64,000 bases of DNA from Chlamydiota bacterium (GTDB lineage Bacteria > Chlamydiota > Chlamydiia > Chlamydiales > SM23-39). A program made the position numbers and the translations under genes. The notes under the pieces were generated by a model, which saw only the letters and a list, made by a program, of their open reading frames with translations, was not told the origin of the DNA and searched no databases. The DNA lies in assembly GCA_031423235.1 (NCBI GenBank), contig JANPFC010000072.1, positions 53-64,052 of the forward strand, given 5' to 3'. Of this stretch, positions 19,373-28,467 are shown one piece after another. Position 1 is the first letter of the stretch. Each line of letters begins with the position of its first letter.

Positions 19373-19539
19373 ATACCGAAGTTGATTCAAGAATCGGTTT
19401 TTGGGCGGGTTCAAAGCGCCTAAAATCAATTAAAAAAAAGGGGGTAGTATTAAACCAATACGACCCCCCTTTTTTTTTAATCGATTTTCGGCAGCTTTCA
19501 ATCCCGCCAAAAAGCCGAGTCTTGAGTCAACTTCGGTAT
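19373..19539. repeat. ~167-bp imperfect palindrome (ATACCGAAGTTGATTCAAGAATC family)
   Basis: Left arm ATACCGAAGTTGATTCAAGAATCGGTTTTTGGGCGGG...AAAAAAAAGGGGG mirrors right arm CCCCCCTTTTTTTTT...CCCGCCAAAAAGCCGAGTCTTGAGTCAACTTCGGTAT. Confidence 0.85.
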
Positions 19540-19555
19540 AAAGCTATTTTGTGAA

Positions 19556-19585
19556 AGCCTCCAGGAAACTGGAGGCTTTTTTTTT
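19556..19585 (+). terminator. Rho-independent terminator of the 726-aa gene
   Basis: AGCCTCCAG-GAAA-CTGGAGGCT hairpin followed by a T8-9 run. Confidence 0.8.
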
Positions 19586-19622
19586 AAACGCAAAACGCTG
19601 AATGCAAAATGCAAAACTAAGC

Positions 19623-19879
19623 GGGGAAGCCCCCATTGGCCTCAACCTAAGAAATTTCAAGCCGCTAATAATAAAACCTCTGCGTCTGGCGCGTCTCGGG
19701 GTTTGCTTTGCCTCTGCGATTATCTTCTAATGGGAGTCTTCTGCACACAACTCTCACAAGAAGGTATCGCAGAGGCAAAGCAAACCCCGAGACGCTGAGA
19801 CGCAGAGGAAAAATAACCGCGAAGCGCGAAATAATCATGTATTAATTTTTGATAGGTTGAGGCCTATAGGGGCTTCCCC
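19623..19879. repeat. Nested composite palindromic element
   Basis: The outer inverted repeat is GGGGAAGCCCCCATTGGCCTCAACCT / AGGTTGAGGCCTATAGGGGCTTCCCC. The inner inverted repeat (19677-19808) is CCTCTGCGTCTGGCGCGTCTCGGGGTTTGCTTTGCCTCTGCGAT / ATCGCAGAGGCAAAGCAAACCCCGAGACGCTGAGACGCAGAGG. Confidence 0.85.
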
Positions 19880-19892
19880 GCCTTCTTTGGGC

Positions 19893-19921
19893 AAAAAAAA
19901 GCGCCCCCGGGTAAGGGGCGC
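19893..19921 (-). terminator. Rho-independent terminator of the epmB-like gene
   Basis: On the minus strand, a GCGCCCC-loop-GGGGCGC hairpin is followed by T8. Confidence 0.7.
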
Positions 19922-20053
19922 TAAAATAATAAAAAGGTGACTAGGGTTATTATGGAAATTGTTAACAGGGGTAAGCTGTTAATGACTTAAATTATAACAA
20001 AATGATTAATTGTAATAAATCGAATTTTTCTTAGTAATATTAACGTTTTGCTA

Positions 20054-21028
20054 TCAATGAGTTATGAACGTTTTACTTGGTTTGCCGGGCTCTTCCCTGA
20101 CGAGACGGGGTACCCCGAAGCCGGATAAATGGGTCTGAATATGGCGGATTAGCTCGGGGCCTCTGGTTTCCGGCAGGGCAAAGTGGCCTGTCCCTTGCAC
20201 GGGGTCGAGGGAATGGAGGTAATACGGGATAACTCCTGCATCGACAAGGACTTCGGATAGGCGGAGGAGGGTCTCCTCATCGTCATTTACCCCCTTGAGA
20301 AGGACCGATTGATTGAGCGTTGGGATGCCGAGCCGTTGGATTTTTTTTAGTGCGGTGGCCACATCGGAATCGATCTCTTTCGGATGATTCGCGTGAACAA
20401 TAAAAAATATCTGTTTGGTTGATGAGGCTAGGATGTTTAGAAATGAATTGTCGATCCGTTCCGGAATTCCGATCGGAAACCGGGTGTGGAAACGAATTCG
20501 TTTAATATGCGGCAGGGCATCGAGCGAGGAAAATAAATTTGCAAGGGCTGCATCGCTTAAAGAGAGTGGATCTCCGCCGCTTAAAATAACTTCTGAAATA
20601 GATGTGTTGTTTTTGAGATAAGAGATTTCTTCATTGAAATTCTTTTCTTCCGTCTCATAGGGAAAATTTTGACGGAAGCAGTATCTGCAATGCATCGCAC
20701 AGGCGCTTGTTGCAACTATGAGCGCTCTCCCTTCGTATTTGTGTAAGATCTTTTTTGTCTTTTGAAAGTTTTGATCTTGCACTGGATCGAGAGCAAATCC
20801 GGGCGTTGCAATGAGCTCTTCTTCAAGGGGGACGAATTGGCGGAGGATCGGATCATCGAGAGTGTTTTTGGCAATTTTCGCAGCCAAGCGCTGTGGGAGA
20901 TTGAGGGCGAAGCGGGGCCGAGAGAGAATTTTCCCTCGGAGGTCTTCTGAAAGCTCTAAATAATCTAAGAGAGGGGTGATCCGGGTGAAGTTATCTTTTT
21001 GGATCTGCCTCCATACAGGAATGGCCAT
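20054..21028 (-). CDS. epmB: Lysine 2,3-aminomutase family radical SAM protein (EpmB/KamA-like)
   Basis: CAMHCRYCFRQ radical SAM motif, SGGDPL, 324 aa. Confidence 0.85.
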   Translation of the reverse strand: MAIPVWRQIQKDNFTRITPLLDYLELSEDLRGKILSRPRFALNLPQRLAAKIAKNTLDDPILRQFVPLEEELIATPGFALDPVQDQNFQKTKKILHKYEGRALIVATSACAMHCRYCFRQNFPYETEEKNFNEEISYLKNNTSISEVILSGGDPLSLSDAALANLFSSLDALPHIKRIRFHTRFPIGIPERIDNSFLNILASSTKQIFFIVHANHPKEIDSDVATALKKIQRLGIPTLNQSVLLKGVNDDEETLLRLSEVLVDAGVIPYYLHSLDPVQGTGHFALPETRGPELIRHIQTHLSGFGVPRLVREEPGKPSKTFITH

Positions 21029-21062
21029 AGGTGAAAGAGTTTAATGATCGGGCAATAACTAA

Positions 21063-22715
21063 TCAATAACTAGCGATCAGGCCAACATGGAGTTTTCCAA
21101 GGGAGTGGCCTAAGGCGTCGTCTTTATGGAGTTTGAATCCATAATCCAGACGAGCTTGTAGATAGCGGCTGTAGTTGTACCTAAATCCAGCGCCAAGGCT
21201 TCCTAGCCAATCGCGATTCTTCTCATTGGAAAGGGACGTGTAATTCCAGCCGCCAGCAAAGTCGCCAAAGATGAGAAAGTAGAGTGCATCGTCAAATTTT
21301 TCATTATGGCGTTGGCGGGAAATGCTAACTGTTGGGGAATGGAGCTCTAGATTGAGAACAAGGGCCTGATCGGCGTTAAATTCCCTTTCGTCGTATCCGC
21401 GGACGGTGTCGTATCCGCCCAGGCCAAGCTGCTCGCTTGGAAGAAGGGCTCCGCTGGATACTTGTCCTCGCAGATAGCCATAGAGAGCTAGATCATAGGG
21501 CATAAAGTAGGTGTCTTTGACCCCTGCAAGAGCGTATATGTATTGATTTTTGGCCCCAGCGCGGAGGTTATTGAAATTGGTGTTGCTTCCTCCGCCAAGT
21601 ATGTCGCCGGGAGATGCATACAGATTCCCTTCAAATGAAAATTGGTGGTTCTCATTGGCTATTCCAAGGTGGTATTGGATAACAAATTGACCCAAATTCA
21701 CATTCTTAAAAATGATTGGTATGGACTCGTCGCCGATATAGGCGAGGTTGTTGTTCATCCGTTTGAAATCGAAGCCGAAGACGACATCTTGCAGTCTAGC
21801 TTTATAGAATGCTCCAAAGGGAATTTCATATCTAACGCTGGCTTGTGCTGAAAAGCCGTGGGATCTGAGCTGATTCGGCGGCGGCATGAAATCGTTTTTT
21901 ATCTGGTTTAGCGACGGATTCACAAAGGAGACGCCGCCGAAAAATGTAAGTATTTGTCGGAATTGATTTGGTGCGACGTATTGCGCGGTGTGAGCTTGAA
22001 ATCTATGAAAGTCGGAACTGGTCGTATACTGGTAGGAGAGCATATGATCGATGAAGAAGAGGTTGCCGTAGTTAAAGCCAGTATACCAGCGGGCGTCTCC
22101 AGTGTATTTATTCCCAGTATTGTCTCCGCCAACGTAAACCCGTAGAGGAAGTCGGTCTTCAGTCACCAAAATGATATCGGTGGTTTTTTCTTCCGCTCCT
22201 GGAGAGAAGGCAAGACTAGTATTTCGAAAAGGGTTTCGGTTGGTGAAGGCGATGTCTGAAAGGAGCCGGTCTGTTCGAATCCGTTCTCCTGGCTCAACTT
22301 CTATGTAGGAGGTAAGTACCCGATCGCTGAAGTATCGATTGCCTGTGCACCAAATATTGCAGAGAGTCGATTCGCAAAGAACCATCAGCACGGTTCCGTT
22401 GGAGACGTCCTGTTCTGGGATGTCGACAATTAAGAAAGGGAGTTTATTTTCTCCATAATGGATCCGAATTTCCTGTTTCAATTGGGCCAATAGTTCCTGG
22501 GAGATCGGTTTTCCAGAAAAGATAGGTTCAAGTCGGTCTCTTAAAGCGCTCTCGCCTCCAGGGATGTCGATATCCAAAATTTTTAGACCTACCGCTTCGG
22601 ATGGCTCATCAAGCCCATGACTGCTTAAAATTAGGCCATACATGGGTAAATTCTCAGGCTCGTCAGCTTGCGCCACCGAGATGAGGAAGAGTAAGATCCA
22701 GGTTATTCTCTTCAT
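21063..22715 (-). CDS. Two-partner secretion outer-membrane transporter (TpsB; ShlB/FhaC family)
   Basis: Signal peptide, a POTRA-like N-region, and the GGYDTVRGYDEREF motif typical of ShlB-type transporters. C-terminal beta-barrel. Its start overlaps the tpsA stop by 4 nt. Confidence 0.85.
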   Translation of the reverse strand: MKRITWILLFLISVAQADEPENLPMYGLILSSHGLDEPSEAVGLKILDIDIPGGESALRDRLEPIFSGKPISQELLAQLKQEIRIHYGENKLPFLIVDIPEQDVSNGTVLMVLCESTLCNIWCTGNRYFSDRVLTSYIEVEPGERIRTDRLLSDIAFTNRNPFRNTSLAFSPGAEEKTTDIILVTEDRLPLRVYVGGDNTGNKYTGDARWYTGFNYGNLFFIDHMLSYQYTTSSDFHRFQAHTAQYVAPNQFRQILTFFGGVSFVNPSLNQIKNDFMPPPNQLRSHGFSAQASVRYEIPFGAFYKARLQDVVFGFDFKRMNNNLAYIGDESIPIIFKNVNLGQFVIQYHLGIANENHQFSFEGNLYASPGDILGGGSNTNFNNLRAGAKNQYIYALAGVKDTYFMPYDLALYGYLRGQVSSGALLPSEQLGLGGYDTVRGYDEREFNADQALVLNLELHSPTVSISRQRHNEKFDDALYFLIFGDFAGGWNYTSLSNEKNRDWLGSLGAGFRYNYSRYLQARLDYGFKLHKDDALGHSLGKLHVGLIASY

Positions 22716-25177
22716 TCCATTTTCTCGCTATATGAGTGATCAAACCAGTACATGTTGTAGGGCAAGATCTGTTTTCTTAAGTAAAAATAGCGTCCCAAAG
22801 GATCGAGTTCCCAATATATCCCTTGATCCTTTGTCTTAATGATATCGAACGATTCTACGCTGTAGAAGAACCGGTCGAAGAGATCGGTTTCAAGCCCCTG
22901 GAGAAATTCGTATGTAGAGATGTTGAATGCCTGAAGAGCTTTGGATGAAACAAATATGTTTTTGTAGAAAATCGTATAGGGAAATCCTGAGTTATGCGGA
23001 TAGTAGATGCCCCATATTTCCAAATCGGTGTCGACAAACTCTGGCCCTGGATTGTAGGGCTGTCCATTTAGAAGGCCGCTGATCGAAGTGTAATTCCGCG
23101 TAGTAGTATAAATGAGGAGTGGACCTGTTGTCGATAGGGTAGCTCCTGCCGCCTTGACAAACTGGGCTGTTCCAATCCCTGGAGGATTCGGGAAGTTGTT
23201 GTCGGCGACTAAAGTGAGGGAGCCAGAATCGGTCGAAATTATGGCCAAATCATTAATTAGAATGCTTTGGCCGGCGGTTGCCAGAATCGATCCTATCCCG
23301 GTTGTACAGGCGGCTTCGACATTCATCGTAAAGCTGCCACCGACGATGAGCGAAATATCTCCATTTCCATCTTGTCGGACTAGTGAAAAGTCCTCCATTT
23401 TAAAATCAGACGCAGTCGTGATTGTAATTGGGCTCATATCGCTAAAGTCGCGCCGAATTGAAGAACCTAAGCCCAATAGAAACGAACTTCCAACATTTAT
23501 CTCTATAGGGCCATCAAATGTATATAAATGGACCCCTGTTTGACTAGTCGGGTTGATGCTAAGAATTCCACCCGTATTTACAGTAATTCCATGCGCAGCC
23601 TCAAATTCAATTAATTCAGCAGCCGTGGTCGTCAATGTGCAATCTCTTCCTGTAACAATCTGGATTGCACCGTTTACAATAGCTTGGACTCGGACTGTTC
23701 CATTTGGCGCTAAGCCTGCTTGAGCAATTAAATCTCTTTTTGCGTCGATAAGAACATTGCCGGTTGAGGTAGTGCGGACCACTGTTAGGGAGGTAGCCGC
23801 TGCTGTTCCCAGGTATATATCCCGATTTGCCAAATAGGACAAATTGCCTGCAGTTCTTACCGAAACACCCGCCTGATAGATATCTTGAACCGAGTCAAAA
23901 GTGATGTTCCCAGCACCTGTATTCGTGATGGCGGCTTGGATCAGGATATCTCCTGCGGTCACAGCCGGTGTGGTGGAGAGATGGTTTGTTCGAAATGTGA
24001 GATTGTTCGGCCGGTTATATGGGAAAGGGGTTGAGATGATTACATTCCCCGGTTCCAGGCCTAAAACGGACCCTGAAGATTCGATAATCACGTCTGCAGT
24101 CGCAAGATTTGTATTCACGGTTCCTATACTAATCGTCGAACCTGCTCCGGTTGGCATATGGATAAAGGGAGGCGCTCCAGGAAGGGTCACATTGATATTG
24201 GCAGCCCCTAAAGTGATGTTATATGGATCGAGCAGAAGAGAGCCGGTCTTCCCAAGCTTGGCTGTTGCATCGGCAAGGCCTTGATAATCGAGATACTGTC
24301 TGCCTGAGACTTCGATCGCACCGCCATTTCCGCCAAATTCACCGCCTTTCGCTTCAATTCGGCCGAGAAACTGGGTGGCATCTTCAGACCAGATAACTAC
24401 ATTTCCCCCATCGCCCCTTTCTGTGCTATTTGCGAGAATGGATGCAGAAGAACTTGCTGAAACTTGCCTTGCGCTGGGGAGGGTCTGATTGCTCCCATTA
24501 AAATCTCCTCCAATGAAGATTTTGCCTCCGCTTCCAGGACTCGATGTGTCAATTTGAGTTCGATCAGAAAGGGAAATATATTCTCCAACAACGCGGATTT
24601 CTCCACCAGGCGCTTCTAAACGGCCGTCGATTTCGACAGTTCCTTTGTCGCTAATTAAATAAACATGGCCCCCTTTAGAGGAGAGGGTTGTTGCAGAGAT
24701 TTTCCCTGAATGTCGGATCGCTGTTTCAAATGAACTGTCTGATATCAGAGGGGTTACAAAAAGTGGCCCGGTAGAGAAATCGTGGGCTAAAAACTTTTCG
24801 TCTGCAAAGTCGAATGTCTGGGCAATGAAGCTGTTTGTGTCTATAACGGCATGCTCTGTGACGAAGATCCCATTCGGATTGACCAAATATACTTGACCAT
24901 TGCTTTTAAGCAATCCAGCGAGGGTGCTCGGGTTGCCAGAGAGGACTCGATTCAATACGGCAGATGTGGGACTTGGTTGAATAAAGTGGGTCAGTTCTCC
25001 CTCATCAATCGAAAACTCTTTCCAATTGATGATGGCCGTATTTTCTGTCGTAATTTGGAGCGTGGCGGGCGAAAGGGATTCTATGGCTACATCGCCTGCA
25101 ATGATTTCAGGACCTAACGGATTAGCGTAAGCGCTGAAAATTGAACCGAGTAGGAAAAGCGAACTAATGGATTTCAT
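22712..25177 (-). CDS. Two-partner secretion exoprotein (TpsA) with an N-terminal TPS/haemagglutination-activity domain
   Basis: Signal peptide, then the TPS domain INWKEFSIDEGELTHFIQPSPTSAVLNRVLSGNPSTLAGLLKSNGQVYLVNPNGIFV (NPNG at 24869-24880). The body is Gly/Thr/Ile-rich and beta-helix-like. The C-terminal ~150 aa is aromatic-rich and unassigned. Confidence 0.85.
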   Translation of the reverse strand: MKSISSLFLLGSIFSAYANPLGPEIIAGDVAIESLSPATLQITTENTAIINWKEFSIDEGELTHFIQPSPTSAVLNRVLSGNPSTLAGLLKSNGQVYLVNPNGIFVTEHAVIDTNSFIAQTFDFADEKFLAHDFSTGPLFVTPLISDSSFETAIRHSGKISATTLSSKGGHVYLISDKGTVEIDGRLEAPGGEIRVVGEYISLSDRTQIDTSSPGSGGKIFIGGDFNGSNQTLPSARQVSASSSASILANSTERGDGGNVVIWSEDATQFLGRIEAKGGEFGGNGGAIEVSGRQYLDYQGLADATAKLGKTGSLLLDPYNITLGAANINVTLPGAPPFIHMPTGAGSTISIGTVNTNLATADVIIESSGSVLGLEPGNVIISTPFPYNRPNNLTFRTNHLSTTPAVTAGDILIQAAITNTGAGNITFDSVQDIYQAGVSVRTAGNLSYLANRDIYLGTAAATSLTVVRTTSTGNVLIDAKRDLIAQAGLAPNGTVRVQAIVNGAIQIVTGRDCTLTTTAAELIEFEAAHGITVNTGGILSINPTSQTGVHLYTFDGPIEINVGSSFLLGLGSSIRRDFSDMSPITITTASDFKMEDFSLVRQDGNGDISLIVGGSFTMNVEAACTTGIGSILATAGQSILINDLAIISTDSGSLTLVADNNFPNPPGIGTAQFVKAAGATLSTTGPLLIYTTTRNYTSISGLLNGQPYNPGPEFVDTDLEIWGIYYPHNSGFPYTIFYKNIFVSSKALQAFNISTYEFLQGLETDLFDRFFYSVESFDIIKTKDQGIYWELDPLGRYFYLRKQILPYNMYWFDHSYSEKME

Positions 25178-25180
25178 AAG

Positions 25181-26563
25181 TCACGTTGTGGATACCTCTG
25201 AGATCAAACTTTGCAGAGCCGCCTTCCCTTTTTTAGGGAGCGTTACGCGGGTAATGTCCGCTCCGAGAGAGGTGAGTTTCTCCACAAGATCCTCATAGCC
25301 TCTATCGAGATAGTCGACATTGGTGATGGTGCTTGTATCTGGAGCTAGGAGGGCTGCCATTACGTAAGCAAAACCGGCTCTTAGATCGGGAATGGCGATC
25401 TCTTTCCCTTTGAGGGGGGTGGGCCCTTTGATCACGATGCTATGGTGGTGGTCGCTCGAGGCAAAACGGCACTCTTTGCCACCGAGACATTGTGTGAAGA
25501 GTTCGATGTCTGCTCCCATCTCTTTGAGAGTGCGTGTGTAGCCAAACCGGTTTTCATAAACCGTTTCGTGGATGACAGAGGTGCCGTGGGCTTGCGTCAT
25601 GAGGACGGCGAAGGGTTGCTGCCAGTCGGTCATAAAGCCAGGATGGACGTCCGTTTCCAAGTGGAGGCCGCCGCGGAGTTCATTTTCGTAGAAGAATTCG
25701 ATCCCATTCGGCTTGATCTGAAATCCGCCGCCGATTTCCCGGATCTTATTCAGGAATGCGATCATATTGAGATGTTCGGCACCTTCTACAAATACGCGCC
25801 CTTTTGTGCTAAGCGCTGCGACTGCATAGGAGGCTACTTCGTTTCTATCTGTTAAAACGGTGTGCTCGACTTCTTTAAACTGATTGGCCTGCTGGATGCA
25901 GATAGTCCGATCGACATCGACCATGATATTCGCGCCGAGTTTTTGGAGAAAGAGGATGAGATCGATGATTTCAGGTTCTATGGCGGCATTTTTAATGAGC
26001 GTAGTCCCTTTAGCGCGGACAGCTGCGAGAATGGTGTTCTCTGTAGCGCCGACAGATGGGTAATTGAGGTTGATGATTGCCCCTTTCAATCCATTATGCG
26101 CTTGAGCAAAGTAAGCTCCCTCTTTTTTCATTTCCCGGTATTCGATGCGGGCGCCCAATTTGTGGAGCGCATTGATGTGTAGATCAACAGGGCGTGTGCC
26201 GATCAAGTCTCCGCCGATGGTTGGAACGATGATGTCTTCATCGGTTCGTCCTAAAAGAGCGCCGATCATCAATATGGGAATGCGGTTTGATCCAGAATAG
26301 CGCTGCGGAACGTAGGATGTTTTCAGTTCGGGTGTGAAAATTTCGAGGATTTTAGCTTTTTTGTCCCAATTGACTTCTGAGCCAATTTCACGGCAAAGAT
26401 TCACGGTGATTTCGACATCGCCGATATTCGGAACATTATGGAAGGTGCATTTTTTGTCAGAAAGAAGCGATGCGACTAAGAGTTTTGTCATCGCATTTTT
26501 TGCGCCTGCAGCTTTGATGGTTCCTGTGAGCGGTTTGCCGCCTTTGATCTTCAATACATCCAT
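25181..26563 (-). CDS. murA: UDP-N-acetylglucosamine 1-carboxyvinyltransferase
   Basis: Start at MDVLKIKGGKPLTG (ATG 26563). MurA-like throughout. The active-site loop reads IGGDLIGTRPVD, with Asp (codon 26207-26209) where E. coli has Cys115. Confidence 0.93.
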   Translation of the reverse strand: MDVLKIKGGKPLTGTIKAAGAKNAMTKLLVASLLSDKKCTFHNVPNIGDVEITVNLCREIGSEVNWDKKAKILEIFTPELKTSYVPQRYSGSNRIPILMIGALLGRTDEDIIVPTIGGDLIGTRPVDLHINALHKLGARIEYREMKKEGAYFAQAHNGLKGAIINLNYPSVGATENTILAAVRAKGTTLIKNAAIEPEIIDLILFLQKLGANIMVDVDRTICIQQANQFKEVEHTVLTDRNEVASYAVAALSTKGRVFVEGAEHLNMIAFLNKIREIGGGFQIKPNGIEFFYENELRGGLHLETDVHPGFMTDWQQPFAVLMTQAHGTSVIHETVYENRFGYTRTLKEMGADIELFTQCLGGKECRFASSDHHHSIVIKGPTPLKGKEIAIPDLRAGFAYVMAALLAPDTSTITNVDYLDRGYEDLVEKLTSLGADITRVTLPKKGKAALQSLISEVSTT

Positions 26564-26718
26564 AAATTCGCACCTCAACGCTATGTTATACTGAAGTTGA
26601 AATTTTATGATATTTTTTGATGCAGCAGAGTAGCGAATAGGTGCGATTTTAGCTCTGAAAAATTGTGCGAAAATTTTCATCGATTTTCAATGGATTTTCT
26701 TGATATGGTGTTTTTAAG

Positions 26719-27141
26719 ATGATCAAAACGATTTTTGCACTCATTTTTGCTCTCATTCTTGGCTACAGTCTCACCTTTTTGCCGTTTGAATTCGTCCCCA
26801 TGCGATGGGAAATTTGGGCAGGAATTGCAGGCGCTAGCGCCGTCGGTCTTGTAGTTTACCTCTACTTATCCCGCCCGGAGAAAATGGAACCGGTTATTTC
26901 GGAGTGCGAGGATTTGAAACGGGAGCTCGATCAGTTCCAACGAGAGTTCAAGCAGGCTTTGCGGGGACATTTGAAAGTGTCGATCCTTTTTTGGAGTTAT
27001 TACTACAAAAAAGAGAAAGTGAAGACTCTTGAAGAGGCCAAGAAAGAAGTATTCCAAGATCTCAAGAAAGAGTTCTCTCAAGTCCGCTGGATGGAGTCGC
27101 TCCTAGAAGAAATCCGCCAAGAACTCATCAAATACAAGTAG
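26719..27141 (+). CDS. Small protein with an N-terminal bilobed hydrophobic domain plus a coiled coil (Inc-like candidate)
   Basis: Hydrophobic domain IFALIFALILGYSLTFLPFEFVPMRWEIWAGIAGASAVGLVVYLYL, followed by a charged helical tail. Confidence 0.45.
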   Translation: MIKTIFALIFALILGYSLTFLPFEFVPMRWEIWAGIAGASAVGLVVYLYLSRPEKMEPVISECEDLKRELDQFQREFKQALRGHLKVSILFWSYYYKKEKVKTLEEAKKEVFQDLKKEFSQVRWMESLLEEIRQELIKYK

Positions 27142-27223
27142 CCTCATCATATTTTTCTGGATTTCTGCATTGCTGAGTACTATGTATGAAAAATATCTAG
27201 AAAATTTGTTAGAGGGGATTCTC

Positions 27224-27532
27224 ATGAAAGTATTACTCATTGTTCTGGTGGCGATGACCACTTGTTTCTCATGCCATAAGAAAACTGTGAAGGACTGCCG
27301 TCAAGACTATAAGGAAGACATGCAGGATTGCGGCACGACAGCGATTAAATGCACCAAAGATGCAAAAGTGGCGAAAGTAAAATGCAAAGCAATTCAAGAT
27401 CCCGTAAAAAGAGAGAAGTGCTTGAAGGACGCAGATGCTGCTTTGAAAAAATGCGAGGCAGACAAAGACCAATGCGTTAGAAGAGCTAAGAAAGATAGAG
27501 ATCAGTGCAGAGAAAAGATCCCTAAGAAATAA
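27224..27532 (+). CDS. Small Cys/Lys-rich putative lipoprotein (OmcA-like in character)
   Basis: Start at MKVLLIVLVAMTTCFSC, with AGAGGGG upstream. The mature part has about 8 units of roughly 10 aa, each ending in Cys (VKDC, MQDC, AIKC, KVKC, REKC, LKKC, KDQC, RDQC). Confidence 0.55.
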   Translation: MKVLLIVLVAMTTCFSCHKKTVKDCRQDYKEDMQDCGTTAIKCTKDAKVAKVKCKAIQDPVKREKCLKDADAALKKCEADKDQCVRRAKKDRDQCREKIPKK

Positions 27533-28436
27533 TATTTCTCGAAAAGCGGGTGCTTCCGAGGTGGGTTGGGAGAAGTCCTTCAGAGGAACGGGTGTAGAAA
27601 AGCCTCTTTTTCGGCATTTGAAGGGCTGCCCAGCTCATGGTTTTGCGTCCATTGATTTCAACGATTGGGTGAAGCCTCTTTTCCCCCTCCCAAAGATAGA
27701 TGAATGCGTCTATCCCGATGTTGCCTGCATATCCCATCCCCTCGATCTTTTTAATCAGCGGATGGGCTACGGCTAAGTGCTCTTCAAGGGCCCAGGATTC
27801 TACCATTCCTTCATGGGTGCCTTTATATGTGCCGTTCGGCTCATTTTCAAAAACGGTTACGCCAACCAGCTTCCCATTTTGCCACTGCGTGCTAAAATCC
27901 ATGACCCGTTCCACCCAAGGTTCTCCTATGATAGGGGTCTTGTAAAGCCGCTTTACATCTGGATTCAGAGTATGGCCGCTCCCCGCTGTTCCGAAAGGGG
28001 TCTTTAGGACTTTGGGGCCCGGAGTTGCCTCAATCCAGGCTTTGATCTCTTCTTGGCTATTTAATAGTGCGGCGCTGGGAAGTTTTGGGGATTCGGTGAA
28101 TGAGAAAACTTTTGAATTGATCCTCCGAACGAGTTCCCAGTCGGGTAGTTGATTGGGTAGGCCATGTTTTTTGGCCCAGGAAGCAATGGATTTTGAGGGG
28201 CCCCAGTGTTCGATAACGGCACCCTTCGGCGGGTTGTCGATTAGGCATAGGCGCGGGTCTGGATTTTCAGGCAGATCGGTGACGAGGATACGGTCGTTTG
28301 GTCCTGCGTAGAGGAGGGGGAGGAATTGGAGCTGCAGGACGATTGGATGGGAACGGATCCATTCGGCGAGCGACCTGTTGGAGCCTGTCTCCAATTCCCT
28401 TTCAAAAAACGTATTACATATGTGGACGCGCGACAT
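27522..28436 (-). CDS. Conserved hypothetical protein, possibly ATP-grasp-like
   Basis: 304-aa ORF. VLKTPFGTAGSGH and IVEINGRKT segments are reminiscent of the ATP-grasp fold. It sits next to ispF, like CT433 in C. trachomatis (from memory). Confidence 0.5.
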   Translation of the reverse strand: MSRVHICNTFFERELETGSNRSLAEWIRSHPIVLQLQFLPLLYAGPNDRILVTDLPENPDPRLCLIDNPPKGAVIEHWGPSKSIASWAKKHGLPNQLPDWELVRRINSKVFSFTESPKLPSAALLNSQEEIKAWIEATPGPKVLKTPFGTAGSGHTLNPDVKRLYKTPIIGEPWVERVMDFSTQWQNGKLVGVTVFENEPNGTYKGTHEGMVESWALEEHLAVAHPLIKKIEGMGYAGNIGIDAFIYLWEGEKRLHPIVEINGRKTMSWAALQMPKKRLFYTRSSEGLLPTHLGSTRFSRNIIS

Positions 28437-28467
28437 TTATCAATATTTATGCCATAATAGCTCCATT

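Noticed and set aside
15566-19879. Possible CRISPR array suggested by recurring palindromic repeats
   Set aside because: The repeats are long inverted repeats, not short direct repeats with regular unique spacers. The only tandem array (ATCCTG units) has about 4 irregular units. No cas genes are present in the window.
22712-25177. TpsA as a contact-dependent inhibition (CdiA) toxin
   Set aside because: There is no VENN-type pre-toxin motif. At 821 aa the protein is far shorter than CdiA. The next gene is tpsB, overlapping by 4 nt, rather than a small immunity ORF.
25181-26680. N-terminal extensions in the ORF track. Affected genes are murA to 26680, recJ to 48495, ispF from 28378, parA from 1034, the methylase from 3926, the lipoprotein to 7407, sucA from 9765 and gltX to 32178.
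   Set aside because: Family-typical N-termini and Shine-Dalgarno-like sequences sit at internal starts. Several extensions also overlap neighbouring genes or repeat elements. I used the shorter coordinates.
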